In this document: one piece after another, positions 1-9,187 of the stretch | Layout: each line of letters starts with the position of its first letter | How positions within the stretch are numbered: position 1 is the first letter of the stretch | Source: Spirochaetia bacterium | GTDB taxonomy: Bacteria > Spirochaetota > Spirochaetia > UBA9216 | NCBI GenBank assembly: GCA_963677925.2 | Contig: CAXXYH010000002.1 | Coordinates: 1-19,955, forward strand | Reading direction: 5' to 3' | DNA length: 19,955 nt | Notes under the pieces: model-generated | Databases searched by the model: none | What the model was told of the DNA's origin: nothing | What the model saw: the letters and a program-made list of their open reading frames with translations, nothing else | Position numbers and translations under genes: made by a program

Positions 1-886
1 GGCGTCCTCTGGATTTAATCTTGAAGCTTCCTTGAATTCTTTTATGGCTTCATTCCAGTTTCTTGTCTGTACATATATCTTACCTAGTGTATTATGAGGT
101 ATCCATAGTGAATCATCGTAATTTATGGCTTTATTTGCATATTCAACCGCTTCTCTGATATTTATCTGATTGCTGTCATCTTCCTGAAAATATGCTTCTC
201 CCATCTGTGCATAGGCTTCCGCAGCTCTCGGATCCAGAGATATTGCTTCGCTGAAATTATCACGTGCTCCCCTGAAGTTGGAAGACTGCATTTTTTCAAC
301 ACCCTCGTCGATGAGTTTTCGAACCTGTTCCGCCTTCTTTTTCTCAGCCTCGGAGAGAGCTGCAAGACGGGCTTCCTCCTCCTTTCTGCGCTCTTTCTGC
401 AAGCCGTTTCTGCTCTTCAAGAGCTCTCATCTGTTCTTCAAGTCGTTTCTGCTCTGCTGCAGCTTCTGCCGCTGCCTGTTCAGCTGATTTCTGCGGAATG
501 ATTGTATTATTATTTACAGAGGTATTTTTACTGATACTTTCACCAAGGTCTTCAAGGGTTTCAACAAGGTCATTCTGTTTCTGGTCTGACGCCTGTTTTT
601 CTTCCTGTTCGGCCAGTTTTCGGGCTGAGAATACTTCATCTCTGAGCTTTCTGACCTCTTCATCGGATGCATCCTTTATTAGAAGTCCGTCAAGAAGGTC
701 AAGAGCCCGCTGGAAGTCACCTTTTTCCAGATAATCTCGAGCAAGTATCATGGTATTTTCTTTTACTTTCTGTGTTTCATCCATCACGGCAGTTCCGGAA
801 TCATTGTTTCCAAGAGTCAAAAAAAGAACGACTCCTGCAATAAGTACCAGAACCGCTGCTGCTACAATTATTATTCTTTTATCCAT
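1..886 (-). CDS. Membrane-anchored TPR/coiled-coil protein, 3'-partial (runs off the window), split by a 1-nt insertion near 394-396
   Basis: ORF 344..886 has an N-terminal TM helix (IIIVAAAVLVLIAGVVLFL), a TPR-like helix pair and an E/Q/K/R coiled coil. Removing one base from the T run at 394-396 joins it to a stop-free frame reaching position 1: ...LAEERRKEEEARLAALSEAEKKKAEQVRKLIDEG...FSEAISLDPRAAEAYAQMGEAYF...HNTLGKIYVQTRNWNEAIKEFKEASRLNPEDA, which are clear TPR repeats. Confidence 0.85.
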
Positions 887-905
887 ATCTATACCTATAT
901 CCCGC

Positions 906-1607
906 CTAGTCTTCTATATCCAGTTCCACTTCAATATCTTCAATATCTTCTGATTCTGCAGATATATTGGTTGTATCTTCTCCAGCATTGCTTAGAGACT
1001 GCAGTACGCTGTCAAGCAGTGCCTTCTGTCTTGCTTCCTCAGCCAGTCGTCTTGCTTCTTCCTCAGCGCGAAGTCTTTCATCCTCTGCCACCGTCAATTC
1101 AAGTATTGAAATCATCTTTTCAATTTCTGTTTTCTGTGAGGAAGCGGGAACCATATTCAGATATAGTCTGTAATCTCTTGCTGCAAGAGTATAATCACCT
1201 GATTTCACTCTTGAATTAGCTCTGTTCAGATAAGGATCGGCAAAACCGGAAGAATTCTGAATCGATCTTGAATACATATCGGCAGCTGAAATGTAATCGC
1301 CGTCCTTAAAATAATTATTTCCAATTTCAAAATAAAAACGCCCGGTTTCTTTTCCTGTGGTGTTAAGACCTTTAGTGAGGATATTTACTGCTGACGAGTA
1401 TTCTTTTCTTATTTCATATATATTACCAAGATAGAAGTAAGTCCGGGTATTCATCGGGTCCTGTTCAAGAGCACCTTCAAACATTACTATAGCTTCTGAA
1501 AGCTGATTGTTTAAAAGAAGCTTTTCTCCTTGTTCAAACATGGATGCCGATGACAAAACCATAACACATAAAGGAATAAGTATAATTTCAGGCTTCAATT
1601 TTTTCAT
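906..1607 (-). CDS. Exported TPR-repeat protein with coiled-coil and acidic C-terminal tail
   Basis: 233-aa ORF with an N-terminal signal-like segment, TPR motifs (ALEQDPMNTRTYFYLGNIY, FYFEIGNNYFKDGDYISA, YLNRANSRVKSGDY), an EEEARRLAEE coil and a very acidic end. SD-like AAGGGG lies upstream. Confidence 0.85.
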   Translation of the reverse strand: MKKLKPEIILIPLCVMVLSSASMFEQGEKLLLNNQLSEAIVMFEGALEQDPMNTRTYFYLGNIYEIRKEYSSAVNILTKGLNTTGKETGRFYFEIGNNYFKDGDYISAADMYSRSIQNSSGFADPYLNRANSRVKSGDYTLAARDYRLYLNMVPASSQKTEIEKMISILELTVAEDERLRAEEEARRLAEEARQKALLDSVLQSLSNAGEDTTNISAESEDIEDIEVELDIED

Positions 1608-1635
1608 TTAAACCCCTTTTTTGCCAGCTTTATAT

Positions 1636-1664
1636 TTGACACTCTTCAAATAACCGATTAATCT
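1636..1664 (+). promoter_or_regulatory. Sigma70-type promoter for the TPR-Mrr gene
   Basis: TTGACA (1636-1641), 17-nt spacer, TAATCT (1659-1664); GGAG SD at 1671-1674 before ATG 1680. Confidence 0.7.
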
Positions 1665-1679
1665 TATCATGGAGTATCT

Positions 1680-3039
1680 ATGGCACCAGTAGTTCTATTA
1701 CTTTTAATCGTCGGCCTCATAGGCGTTGTTACTATAGTTATAATTGTAAAATCTGCTCTCGCTCCTAGAAAGGTAGCAGGTATTTATGATCTCTACAAGC
1801 AGGGCAAATATGCTGCCGTCATAAAGCAGACAAAGCAGAATCTTGCTAATGACGCGAGAAATCATGAAATGCACTACCTGCTCGGTCTGGCGTATCTTGG
1901 CGACGGGAAAAACGAACTTGCACTTATGGAACTTAAAAAAGTTAATGAGTTCGGAGAGTTTTCAGGAATTGTTAAAGAAGTTGAATTTCGCAGGACAATT
2001 GCCAAACTTTACAATGATTTTGGACAGCCTGAAGAAGCCCTTAAGGAATTTGTTCTACTTATCCGTATGCAGCCTGAAGAGCCTGAATGGTATTTTATGT
2101 CCGGTACATTATTCGAGCAGCGCGGGAAGACAGACAGTGCAGTTAAGAATTATAAAAAAAACGATTGATCTTGACCCAAGGCATACTGATGCTCATTTCA
2201 GGCTTGGTAACATATATTACAGAAACAAGCGTGCCCAGGAAGCCAAAACCGAGCTTGATCTTGCACTAAAATACAACCCTGAAAATCATAAGGCTAATTT
2301 TTTTATAGGAAAGATTCTTAAGGAAAAGAAGGATTTTGCCGGAGCCCTGTCATATTTCGAAAAATCTCAGCGCGATAGTGAACTGAAAGTTAAATCGCTT
2401 CTTGAACGCGGTATCTGTTTTATCAGTATGAAGAATTTTGACAGGGCAATCTCTGAACTTGAAAGAGCTATTTCCAACAGCATTAATTCTGAAGGCGGTC
2501 AGGAAATACTTTTTGCACGTTATTTCCTTGCATACTGCCATGAACAGAAACGTGATATTGATAATGCAATCAAGCAGTGGGAAGAAATATACTCCAAGAA
2601 ACCAACATTCAAGGATGTCGGTGAAAAACTAAGCCAGTATCAGGATCTTAGAACTGACGACAGAATGAAAGACTATCTTACAGCAAGCCGTGATGAATTC
2701 TTCTCGATTTGTAAGGGTGCCACAGCAGCCATGGGGCTCAGTGTAAGGGATATCGGAGATATTCAGAACGGATGCCAGATTATTGCCGTTGAGTCGGAAT
2801 CAAAATGGCGCGGAGCCAAGAAGATTCCTCTGCTCATATGGTTTCTGCGTGTCCCTGAGATGGTTTCTGAAAGTACTGCAAGAGCCATTCATGAATCTAT
2901 GAAAAAAAATAATGTCGGACGTGCTATGATTGTAACCAGTTCAGAGTTTTCAAAGAAAGCCCGTGAGTTTTCAGAAACAAGACCGGTAAACCTGGTAGGA
3001 AAGGAAAAGCTTCAGCAGATGCTTAAAAAGATCCCTTAA
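1680..3039 (+). CDS. Membrane-anchored TPR protein with C-terminal Mrr-like (PD-(D/E)xK fold) domain; one extra A in the A8 run at 2154-2161
   Basis: ORFs 1680..2168 and 1843..3039 join into one 452-aa protein if the run is A7 (NYKK-TIDLDPRHTDAHFRLG). It has an N-terminal TM helix and many TPRs. The C-terminal EFFSIC..MGLSV...GCQIIA...MIVTSSEFSKKAREFSETRPVNLVGKEKLQQML follows the Mrr_cat pattern. Confidence 0.85.
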
Positions 3040-3718
3040 GATATGGGCCTGCCATAAAAGCCGCACCTATACTGTCATTATAGGCTGATACATATACAGA
3101 CTGATATTTTCTTGAAACATCATCACCATGCGGAAGATCTCTGATGACTATACTGCCCTCTGTTGCTCTGTAAGCCTGAAGAAGTTCTCCTGATTTGTCA
3201 TAAAAGGAAATAATAGAGTATTGATATGGGCTTTCAAGCACTAAGGTTATGGGGTTATCATCTGAAGCCGACAGCTTAGGAAACATATCAGCGTCTAAAT
3301 CCTGACTTACAGGCCGTATAATGATTTCATCATTAACCTGTTCTCCGGCCCGGTCTTTCAGTATAAGTCGGTAAGTTCCTGGAGAAAAAACATTGTTTTC
3401 AGCCAGGACCAGTTTTTCTATGCCGCGCCACTCTATACCGTTTTGTTCACGAATAACCCAGTCTTCACTATAACTGCGCCAAAGAAGTTCATCATTATCC
3501 GACAGTAGATACAGGTTGAGAAGATCTTCAATTCCGTCTTTATCGTCTGCATTTATATATAAATTGGTATAAAAACTTATTTCACCGGTTTCCGGTGAAA
3601 TAAGATAATTCTGCTGGCTGTTTACTCCTGAAATCTGCGGAATACTGTTCCCGCATGAAAAGCAGATTAGTAGCGCTGATAAAAGGAGTGCAAAAGAAAC
3701 AATTTTACTGCTGTTCAT
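3023..3718 (-). CDS. Putative lipoprotein of unknown function
   Basis: 231-aa ORF with a hydrophobic N-terminus ending in lipobox-like ICFS-C, a DKDGIED motif and a beta-rich body. It overlaps the acyltransferase stop, suggesting coupling. Confidence 0.75.
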   Translation of the reverse strand: MNSSKIVSFALLLSALLICFSCGNSIPQISGVNSQQNYLISPETGEISFYTNLYINADDKDGIEDLLNLYLLSDNDELLWRSYSEDWVIREQNGIEWRGIEKLVLAENNVFSPGTYRLILKDRAGEQVNDEIIIRPVSQDLDADMFPKLSASDDNPITLVLESPYQYSIISFYDKSGELLQAYRATEGSIVIRDLPHGDDVSRKYQSVYVSAYNDSIGAAFMAGPYLKGSF

Positions 3719-4850
3719 CGAAGAAAACGGCCTCTTCCTGATTTGTTACAGGCCTTGCATACATATTTAGAACTTTAAGTCTTACCGGTTCTCCAAGTTT
3801 TCTGAATCTATGAAGAAATTCTTCTCTTTGGGTTTCTGTGTAATTATCAGCATATTTACCTGTCTTGTTGAGTTCATCATAGCTGATATAGTTGCTTGGC
3901 CAAAGTTTGTACCCGCGGTGTATTCCCCTGTCCAGAGCTGCGGCTACATCCTTGTCGTTGCTGTAGTTGCCGCTTAGAGGTTCTCCATAGTGTATGTGTA
4001 CCCTGCCCTTTGCGCCGCGCATTCCGGTCCACATGCTTACAAGATCGAGGTTTTTAGTTTTTTGAATATTTTCTCTTGTTTCAGCTCTGTATACTTCCCA
4101 GCCCTTCAGTGTATCGCATGGATCTAGTTCATAGGAAATTGAAACAGGAACAATTCTAAGTTTTTTGATAAAATCAGAAAATTCCACACCGCTTTTTCTC
4201 TGTGAAAGAAACAGCATCTTAATAACCGCTGGATTTGTCTGATCGGCGCCGTCTTTTGAACGTCCCTCTTTCTGTGCTATCCAGATTGAATCACCGCTTT
4301 CTATCATATGATAAATGTATTTTGACAGTTTAATCGATGCTTCGAGCTGCTCTCTAAGACTTAGATTACGCTTTACAATAAAAGATTTATTGATCCTAAT
4401 AAGATCGGTTACAAGCTCATTTATCAAGAGATTGTCTCCAAAGGCAATCTGAGTGGTGCTGAAACCGTTTTTAACCAGAAAATAGTTTAAAAGAGTTGCA
4501 TCAAGCACTATATCACGATGATTGCTGATAAACATGTAGGCAGTATTCTTATCAAGTTCATCGAGTCCTGAACAGGAAACTCCGTCGGTTGTCTTATCTA
4601 CTACCCACTGCACAAATTTATTGATGATAATATCATGCTGAAAATCTCTGATAGTTGTTACTTTTTTCAGTTCACTTTTTAAATACAAGCCTATCGCCTG
4701 ATCTGCTGCAGGCTTTAAAATAGACGGGCAGTTCGGCCATTTTATATTTCTGAAAAATCCGCGCAGGAATTTATCTTCATGAATCCTTTTTTTGACTGCT
4801 GGAAATTCCACATCGCTGTAAGGCCTGATGTCTTCAAATTCGTCTTGCAT
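3705..4850 (-). CDS. Glycerol-3-phosphate / 1-acyl-G3P acyltransferase (PlsB/PlsC superfamily)
   Basis: 381 aa with catalytic HxxxxD (NHRDIVLD), FIVKR block, IWIAQKEGRSKDG block and IVPVSISYE. Confidence 0.9.
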   Translation of the reverse strand: MQDEFEDIRPYSDVEFPAVKKRIHEDKFLRGFFRNIKWPNCPSILKPAADQAIGLYLKSELKKVTTIRDFQHDIIINKFVQWVVDKTTDGVSCSGLDELDKNTAYMFISNHRDIVLDATLLNYFLVKNGFSTTQIAFGDNLLINELVTDLIRINKSFIVKRNLSLREQLEASIKLSKYIYHMIESGDSIWIAQKEGRSKDGADQTNPAVIKMLFLSQRKSGVEFSDFIKKLRIVPVSISYELDPCDTLKGWEVYRAETRENIQKTKNLDLVSMWTGMRGAKGRVHIHYGEPLSGNYSNDKDVAAALDRGIHRGYKLWPSNYISYDELNKTGKYADNYTETQREEFLHRFRKLGEPVRLKVLNMYARPVTNQEEAVFFDEQQ

Positions 4851-4871
4851 TTATTTCCCCTGTAGAACCTA

Positions 4872-4900
4872 ATAATAACGGATAGTTTTTGGATCTTCAA
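4872..4900 (-). promoter_or_regulatory. Sigma70-type promoter for the acyltransferase-lipoprotein unit
   Basis: Minus strand TTGAAG (4900-4895), 17-nt spacer, TATTAT (4877-4872); AGGGG SD before ATG 4850. Confidence 0.6.
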
Positions 4901-4932
4901 GCTTTATCAGACAGGATTTTATCGGGTTATGA

Positions 4933-4961
4933 TTGCATGAATCGGTGCTCAGGCGTATAAT
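4933..4961 (+). promoter_or_regulatory. Sigma70-type promoter for phnDCE
   Basis: TTGCAT (4933-4938), 17-nt spacer, TATAAT (4956-4961); GGAGG SD at 4981-4985. Confidence 0.75.
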
Positions 4962-4994
4962 TAACTGTTAAAAATTTAACGGAGGCAAAATCGA

Positions 4995-5900
4995 ATGAAA
5001 AAAACAATTCTAATTTCAACTGTCCTGCTTCTGATTCTTTCCGCTATGGCATTTGCAGGCGGTAAAGCTGAAGCCGCTCTCGGTACTGAAGAAAATCCGA
5101 TTATCTGGTCTTTTGTTCCATCAGGAGAAATGGAAAGGGTATCTTCCGGTGCTCAGGCAGTTGCAGACATGCTTCATGATGAAACAGGTTACTACTTCAA
5201 AACCAATGTAGCAACCGAGTATGCCGGTGTAATTGAAGCCATGGCCAGTGATCCTCCAGAGGCTCATATGTCATCGCTTGCTACTTTTGCATACGTTCTT
5301 GCTGCAGAAAAAGGTGTAGCAGAAGCCGAACTTGTATCTGTAAGATACGGAAGCCCCACCTATAACGGACAGCTTATGGTTAGAGCTGACAGCGGAATTA
5401 CCGATGTTGCAGGGATTTCAGGTCATACATTCGGTCGTCCTGATCCTCTTTCAACAAGCGGATGGATTATACCTATGCTCACTATGAGAGCTGCAGGTGT
5501 TGATCCTGAATCAGATCTTGCCGGTGTAGTAGATGCAGGCAGCCATGATGCTGTAATTGCAGCAATCTATAACGGTGATGTTGATGCCGGTGCTTCATAT
5601 GTTGATGCAAGAACAAGGCTTGAAGGTGATTATCCTGATGTAATGGACAAGGTGATCGTAATTGCCCTTACTGAAAATATTCCTAATGACGGTGTTCAGT
5701 TCATCCCTGGTATGGATAATGAAATGAAATCAAAAATTGTAGACGCACTTCTTAAAATAGCTTCTACTGAAGAAGGTAAAGATGCGTTAAATACCGCATA
5801 TCAGTGGAATGCTCTCGAAAAACACGATGATACATTCTACGATCCTTTTAGACAGGTTCTCCAGGCTTCCGGTCTGAGCATCGAAGAACTTACAAACTAA
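4995..5900 (+). CDS. phnD: Phosphate/phosphite/phosphonate ABC transporter substrate-binding protein (PhnD/PtxB family)
   Basis: Signal peptide ending AFAGGKAE; YAGVIEAM, DPLSTSG, GSHDA and IPND motifs; followed by phnC- and phnE-like genes. Confidence 0.88.
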   Translation: MKKTILISTVLLLILSAMAFAGGKAEAALGTEENPIIWSFVPSGEMERVSSGAQAVADMLHDETGYYFKTNVATEYAGVIEAMASDPPEAHMSSLATFAYVLAAEKGVAEAELVSVRYGSPTYNGQLMVRADSGITDVAGISGHTFGRPDPLSTSGWIIPMLTMRAAGVDPESDLAGVVDAGSHDAVIAAIYNGDVDAGASYVDARTRLEGDYPDVMDKVIVIALTENIPNDGVQFIPGMDNEMKSKIVDALLKIASTEEGKDALNTAYQWNALEKHDDTFYDPFRQVLQASGLSIEELTN

Positions 5901-5915
5901 GAAACTATTTCTAAC

Positions 5916-5951
5916 AGGGAGCTGCATCCGTTTGCAGCTCCCTTTCTTTTT
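5916..5951 (+). terminator. Intra-operon hairpin with U-rich tail between phnD and phnC
   Basis: AGGGAGCTGCA (5916-5926), 6-nt loop, TGCAGCTCCCT (5933-5943): a perfect 11-bp stem followed by TTCTTTTT. Confidence 0.75.
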
Positions 5952-5960
5952 GGAGGCATA

Positions 5961-6752
5961 ATGCTTGAGATCCGCAATCTCACAAAAATATACGATGATG
6001 GTACCAAGGCCCTTGATAATGTGAGCTTTACTGTAAATGACGGTGAATTTCTTGTAATTATCGGTCTTTCCGGTTCAGGTAAATCCACTCTGCTGCGCTG
6101 TATCAACAGACTGATAGAACCTACAGACGGTGAAATTATATGGAACGGAGAGATGGTGACCGGGGCTGACAGTAAAACACTCAGAAAAGTCAGACGGCAG
6201 ATTGGAATGATATTTCAGCATTTTAATCTGGTTAAGCGTTCAAGCGTAATGCAGAATGTACTTTCAGGACTGCTCGGATATACAAGGCCGTCTTCAAGTC
6301 TTTTATATCATTTCTCCCCGGCGGATAGAAAAAAGGCTCAGGATGCATTAAAAATGGTTGGAATTGAGGATCAGGCTGAAAAACGTGCTGATGAATTATC
6401 CGGCGGACAGCAGCAGCGTGTAGGTATTGCCAGAGCACTGATGCAGGATCCGCTGATGATTCTTGCTGATGAACCGGTAGCAAGCCTTGACCCGGTTCTT
6501 GCTCATTCTATATTGGGATACCTTGAAGATATAAACAAGCAGAAAAGTATAACTGTGATGTGCAGCCTGCATTATCTTGATCTTGTCCAGAGATATTCAA
6601 CCAGGGTTATAGGTTTGAAAGGCGGAAAGATTGTATATGAAGGCAGTAATGCTGATATTAAAAAGATGACAGATGCTCAATTTAAAGATATATACGGTGA
6701 AGAAGCCATCAGGGTTAATGCCGGTTCTATAAGCGGAGGCGCAAATGGCTAA
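5961..6752 (+). CDS. phnC: Phosphonate-family ABC transporter ATP-binding protein
   Basis: Walker A GLSGSGKS, IGMIFQHFNLV, signature LSGGQQQRV, Walker B ILADEPVASLDP, and SLH switch. Confidence 0.93.
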   Translation: MLEIRNLTKIYDDGTKALDNVSFTVNDGEFLVIIGLSGSGKSTLLRCINRLIEPTDGEIIWNGEMVTGADSKTLRKVRRQIGMIFQHFNLVKRSSVMQNVLSGLLGYTRPSSSLLYHFSPADRKKAQDALKMVGIEDQAEKRADELSGGQQQRVGIARALMQDPLMILADEPVASLDPVLAHSILGYLEDINKQKSITVMCSLHYLDLVQRYSTRVIGLKGGKIVYEGSNADIKKMTDAQFKDIYGEEAIRVNAGSISGGANG

Positions 6753-8253
6753 GAAAAAGGAAACACTGAAAACAATCATACTTCCATTGCCTTCCGCAAT
6801 TATTTCAGCCTTAATCCCAGGGCTGGGACAGTTAATTAATTTACGGATTCGACGCGGGCTGCTGCTGCTTGCATCATTTATAAGTATAGTAGGACTGTTT
6901 ATCTGGAGAATTGAACTGCTTGCACATCGTGAACCGACATTTATAGCAAAATTTATAAAATCTGTTGATCGTGCACCCTTCTTTATGGTGTTTATTTCAG
7001 TTGCTTTAGTCGTTCTTTATATTTGGATAATTCTTGATTCATGGAACATCGCAAAAAGCGGCAGGGAACGGAATGTTCTGCTTTTTGGTCTTGTTCTTGT
7101 ACTGTTTTTCAGTATGGGATGGCAGATTAGTGAAATCAATGTTTATAAGATGGTAACTGAATTCCCGGAGGCATGGCCGCCGCTTTCGAGGATTCTTTGG
7201 CCCTGGGAAGCCGCTGTAACGCGCGATATTTCCACCGTGGAAGCTGAGGCCAGAATTCTTGCTGATTCAGATGAAGCTCCGCCTGAGGTTCCTGTATATG
7301 AAGAGGGTAAACCATATATAAAATCAACTCCTACATACGGAAATCTATCCAGGCTGGATAAGGATAATAATGTAATAAAGGGTGATGTTCTGCACCTTGA
7401 AGGCAGCGGTTTCGCTCCGGAGACTGAAACACTCATTGTCTGGGAGGATTCTGTCGGTAATGAATTCCGGCCCAGACAGGACGGAAAGTATGTCAGCGTC
7501 ATGACTGATGACAGCGGTGCATTTGAATTTGACCTTGTCATGCCGTACAGGCTTACCCCGCCATCAGCTGTCGGTCTGCAGTACCATAGTGTTCATGCCA
7601 GACAGGAGTCTGCGGTAGGTCCTTTAAAAGCAAGTGAACCGCTGAGATTAACAATAGAACTTATGCTTGAAACCATATTCATGGGTATGATGGCAACTTT
7701 GTTTGGAATAATTATTTCTATACCGCTTAGTTTTCTCGCAGCCAGAAATATGATGTCCGGCTCAAAACTGACGATAGTTATTTATTATATAACAAGAACG
7801 ATTTTTAATATTATAAGGTCAATAGAACCTATGATATGGGCCTTGATAGCCGTAGTATGGGTAGGTCTTGGACCCTTCGCGGGTATTCTTGCTCTTACCA
7901 TCCATTCAGTGGCTGCGCTCGGCAAGCTGTATTCTGAATCAATTGAAAGTATTGATCCGGGTCCTATAGAAGCTATTCAGGCCACCGGTGCAAATAAACT
8001 TCAAACCATTATGTTTGCGGTTGTACCACAGATGATACCGCCCTTTGTTTCATTTACAATTTACCGCTGGGATATCAATGTAAGAATGTCTACAATTATC
8101 GGTATGGTCGGCGGAGGCGGTATCGGCTTCCTGCTGGTTCAGTACATCCGTCTGCTTGATTACAAGTCGGCGGGTATAGCCGTTTGGTTTATCGCTGTGA
8201 CTGTAGCTATTCTTGATTATGTAAGTTCAAAGATAAGAGAGAAATTTGTTTGA
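6745..8253 (+). CDS. phnE: Phosphonate-family ABC permease with long N-terminal extension and extracytoplasmic domain
   Basis: The C-terminal ~200 aa are typical PhnE (RSIEPMIWAL, GLGPFAGILAL, GKLYSESIE, EAIQATGA, YRWDINVRMS). Total length is 502 aa and it overlaps the phnC stop. Confidence 0.9.
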   Translation: MAKKKETLKTIILPLPSAIISALIPGLGQLINLRIRRGLLLLASFISIVGLFIWRIELLAHREPTFIAKFIKSVDRAPFFMVFISVALVVLYIWIILDSWNIAKSGRERNVLLFGLVLVLFFSMGWQISEINVYKMVTEFPEAWPPLSRILWPWEAAVTRDISTVEAEARILADSDEAPPEVPVYEEGKPYIKSTPTYGNLSRLDKDNNVIKGDVLHLEGSGFAPETETLIVWEDSVGNEFRPRQDGKYVSVMTDDSGAFEFDLVMPYRLTPPSAVGLQYHSVHARQESAVGPLKASEPLRLTIELMLETIFMGMMATLFGIIISIPLSFLAARNMMSGSKLTIVIYYITRTIFNIIRSIEPMIWALIAVVWVGLGPFAGILALTIHSVAALGKLYSESIESIDPGPIEAIQATGANKLQTIMFAVVPQMIPPFVSFTIYRWDINVRMSTIIGMVGGGGIGFLLVQYIRLLDYKSAGIAVWFIAVTVAILDYVSSKIREKFV

Positions 8254-8274
8254 CAGATTTTAGGTTGCATAATT

Positions 8275-8302
8275 ATCGCCGGGTTAACCGGCGATTTTTT
8301 TT
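8275..8302 (+). terminator. Rho-independent terminator of the phn operon
   Basis: ATCGCCGG-GTTAA-CCGGCGAT hairpin (8275-8295) running into a T tract to 8302, between convergent genes. Confidence 0.8.
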
Positions 8303-8329
8303 CTGTAGTCATTTTGAAAAAAGATAATA

Positions 8330-9187
8330 CTAAATATCTGACAGGTATTTTCTTACACCCTTCCAGACGGCTTTTTCAGTTTCAGTATTTAGATCAAAGT
8401 TTTCGCCGGGAGGAGGAAGTGTTAATAATCTGGTGATACTGAAGCCTTCTTTAATACGGAAAAACTTCAGCATTGAAAGAGAAAGTGCCTGTTCAGGACA
8501 GGAGTAAATGCAGCCAAGACAAAGTGTACAGAGGGTGGAAAATACAGGCTTACCGTCATTAAGTTTTATATTTCCGACCGGACATTTAATACTGCAGATT
8601 CCGCAGCCTGTACAGTCCTTTGATATAATCATTTTTCTGCCGACCTTTTCTGCTCCGAAATGTTCAAGACGGCAGAGTATTGACAGAAGTCTGTTTCCCG
8701 GTCCCGGAGCTGTTCTGCGGACAATTCCGGAAAATATGGCTGAAAGAATTTTTTCAGCTTTTAAGGGTAGAACCTCTATCAGTCTTGAAGCAAGGTTATC
8801 ACTCATTGCAATAACCCAGTTTGAAGGCATAATCAGCATATCTTCATATATGATATTCATACCTTTTTTTTCAAGAATCCTGACAGCAGGAAGCCTGGAT
8901 GCAAGGTTCGGTGTAATTTCGCCGCCGCCGGAGACTGAGAGGACTGCTGCAGAATTACCAGCATTATGAAGATTTTTCAGCCAGTTAATAACAGGTTTAG
9001 GTGGATTACAGGCGTGAACCACATAACATATAATAAGAAGTTCATCAGTCTTTAAATCAAATTCTTCAGCGGAACCTATTTTGTATAATGCTGCCTCATG
9101 CCCCATTTTTTCCGCCGTTTGTCTGAGGATAGAAGCTGCATATGCAGTACACCCCGTTCCGCTGAAATAAGCAATTTTAATATTCAT
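8330..9187 (-). CDS. EFR1-family flavodoxin-like / 4Fe-4S ferredoxin fusion protein
   Basis: N-terminal YFSGTG flavodoxin loop; two clusters CTGCGICSIKCP and CTLCLGCIYSCP. The start is placed at MNIKIAY (9187), overlapping the methyltransferase stop, rather than at 9286. Confidence 0.85.
   Translation of the reverse strand: MNIKIAYFSGTGCTAYAASILRQTAEKMGHEAALYKIGSAEEFDLKTDELLIICYVVHACNPPKPVINWLKNLHNAGNSAAVLSVSGGGEITPNLASRLPAVRILEKKGMNIIYEDMLIMPSNWVIAMSDNLASRLIEVLPLKAEKILSAIFSGIVRRTAPGPGNRLLSILCRLEHFGAEKVGRKMIISKDCTGCGICSIKCPVGNIKLNDGKPVFSTLCTLCLGCIYSCPEQALSLSMLKFFRIKEGFSITRLLTLPPPGENFDLNTETEKAVWKGVRKYLSDI

Noticed and set aside
370-480. Repeated CAGAAACG.CTTG.AGAA units as a DNA repeat array or CRISPR
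   Set aside because: There are two degenerate in-frame copies encoding the EQKRL(E/A)E coiled coil, with no spacers.
1843-2160. N-terminal part of ORF 1843..3039 as real protein
   Set aside because: It is an out-of-frame shadow of the true 5' half (1680 frame), produced by the A8 frameshift.
2151-2165. Programmed -1 ribosomal frameshift at A_AAA_AAA/C
   Set aside because: Reaching the downstream frame needs +1, not -1, and no stimulatory structure is evident.
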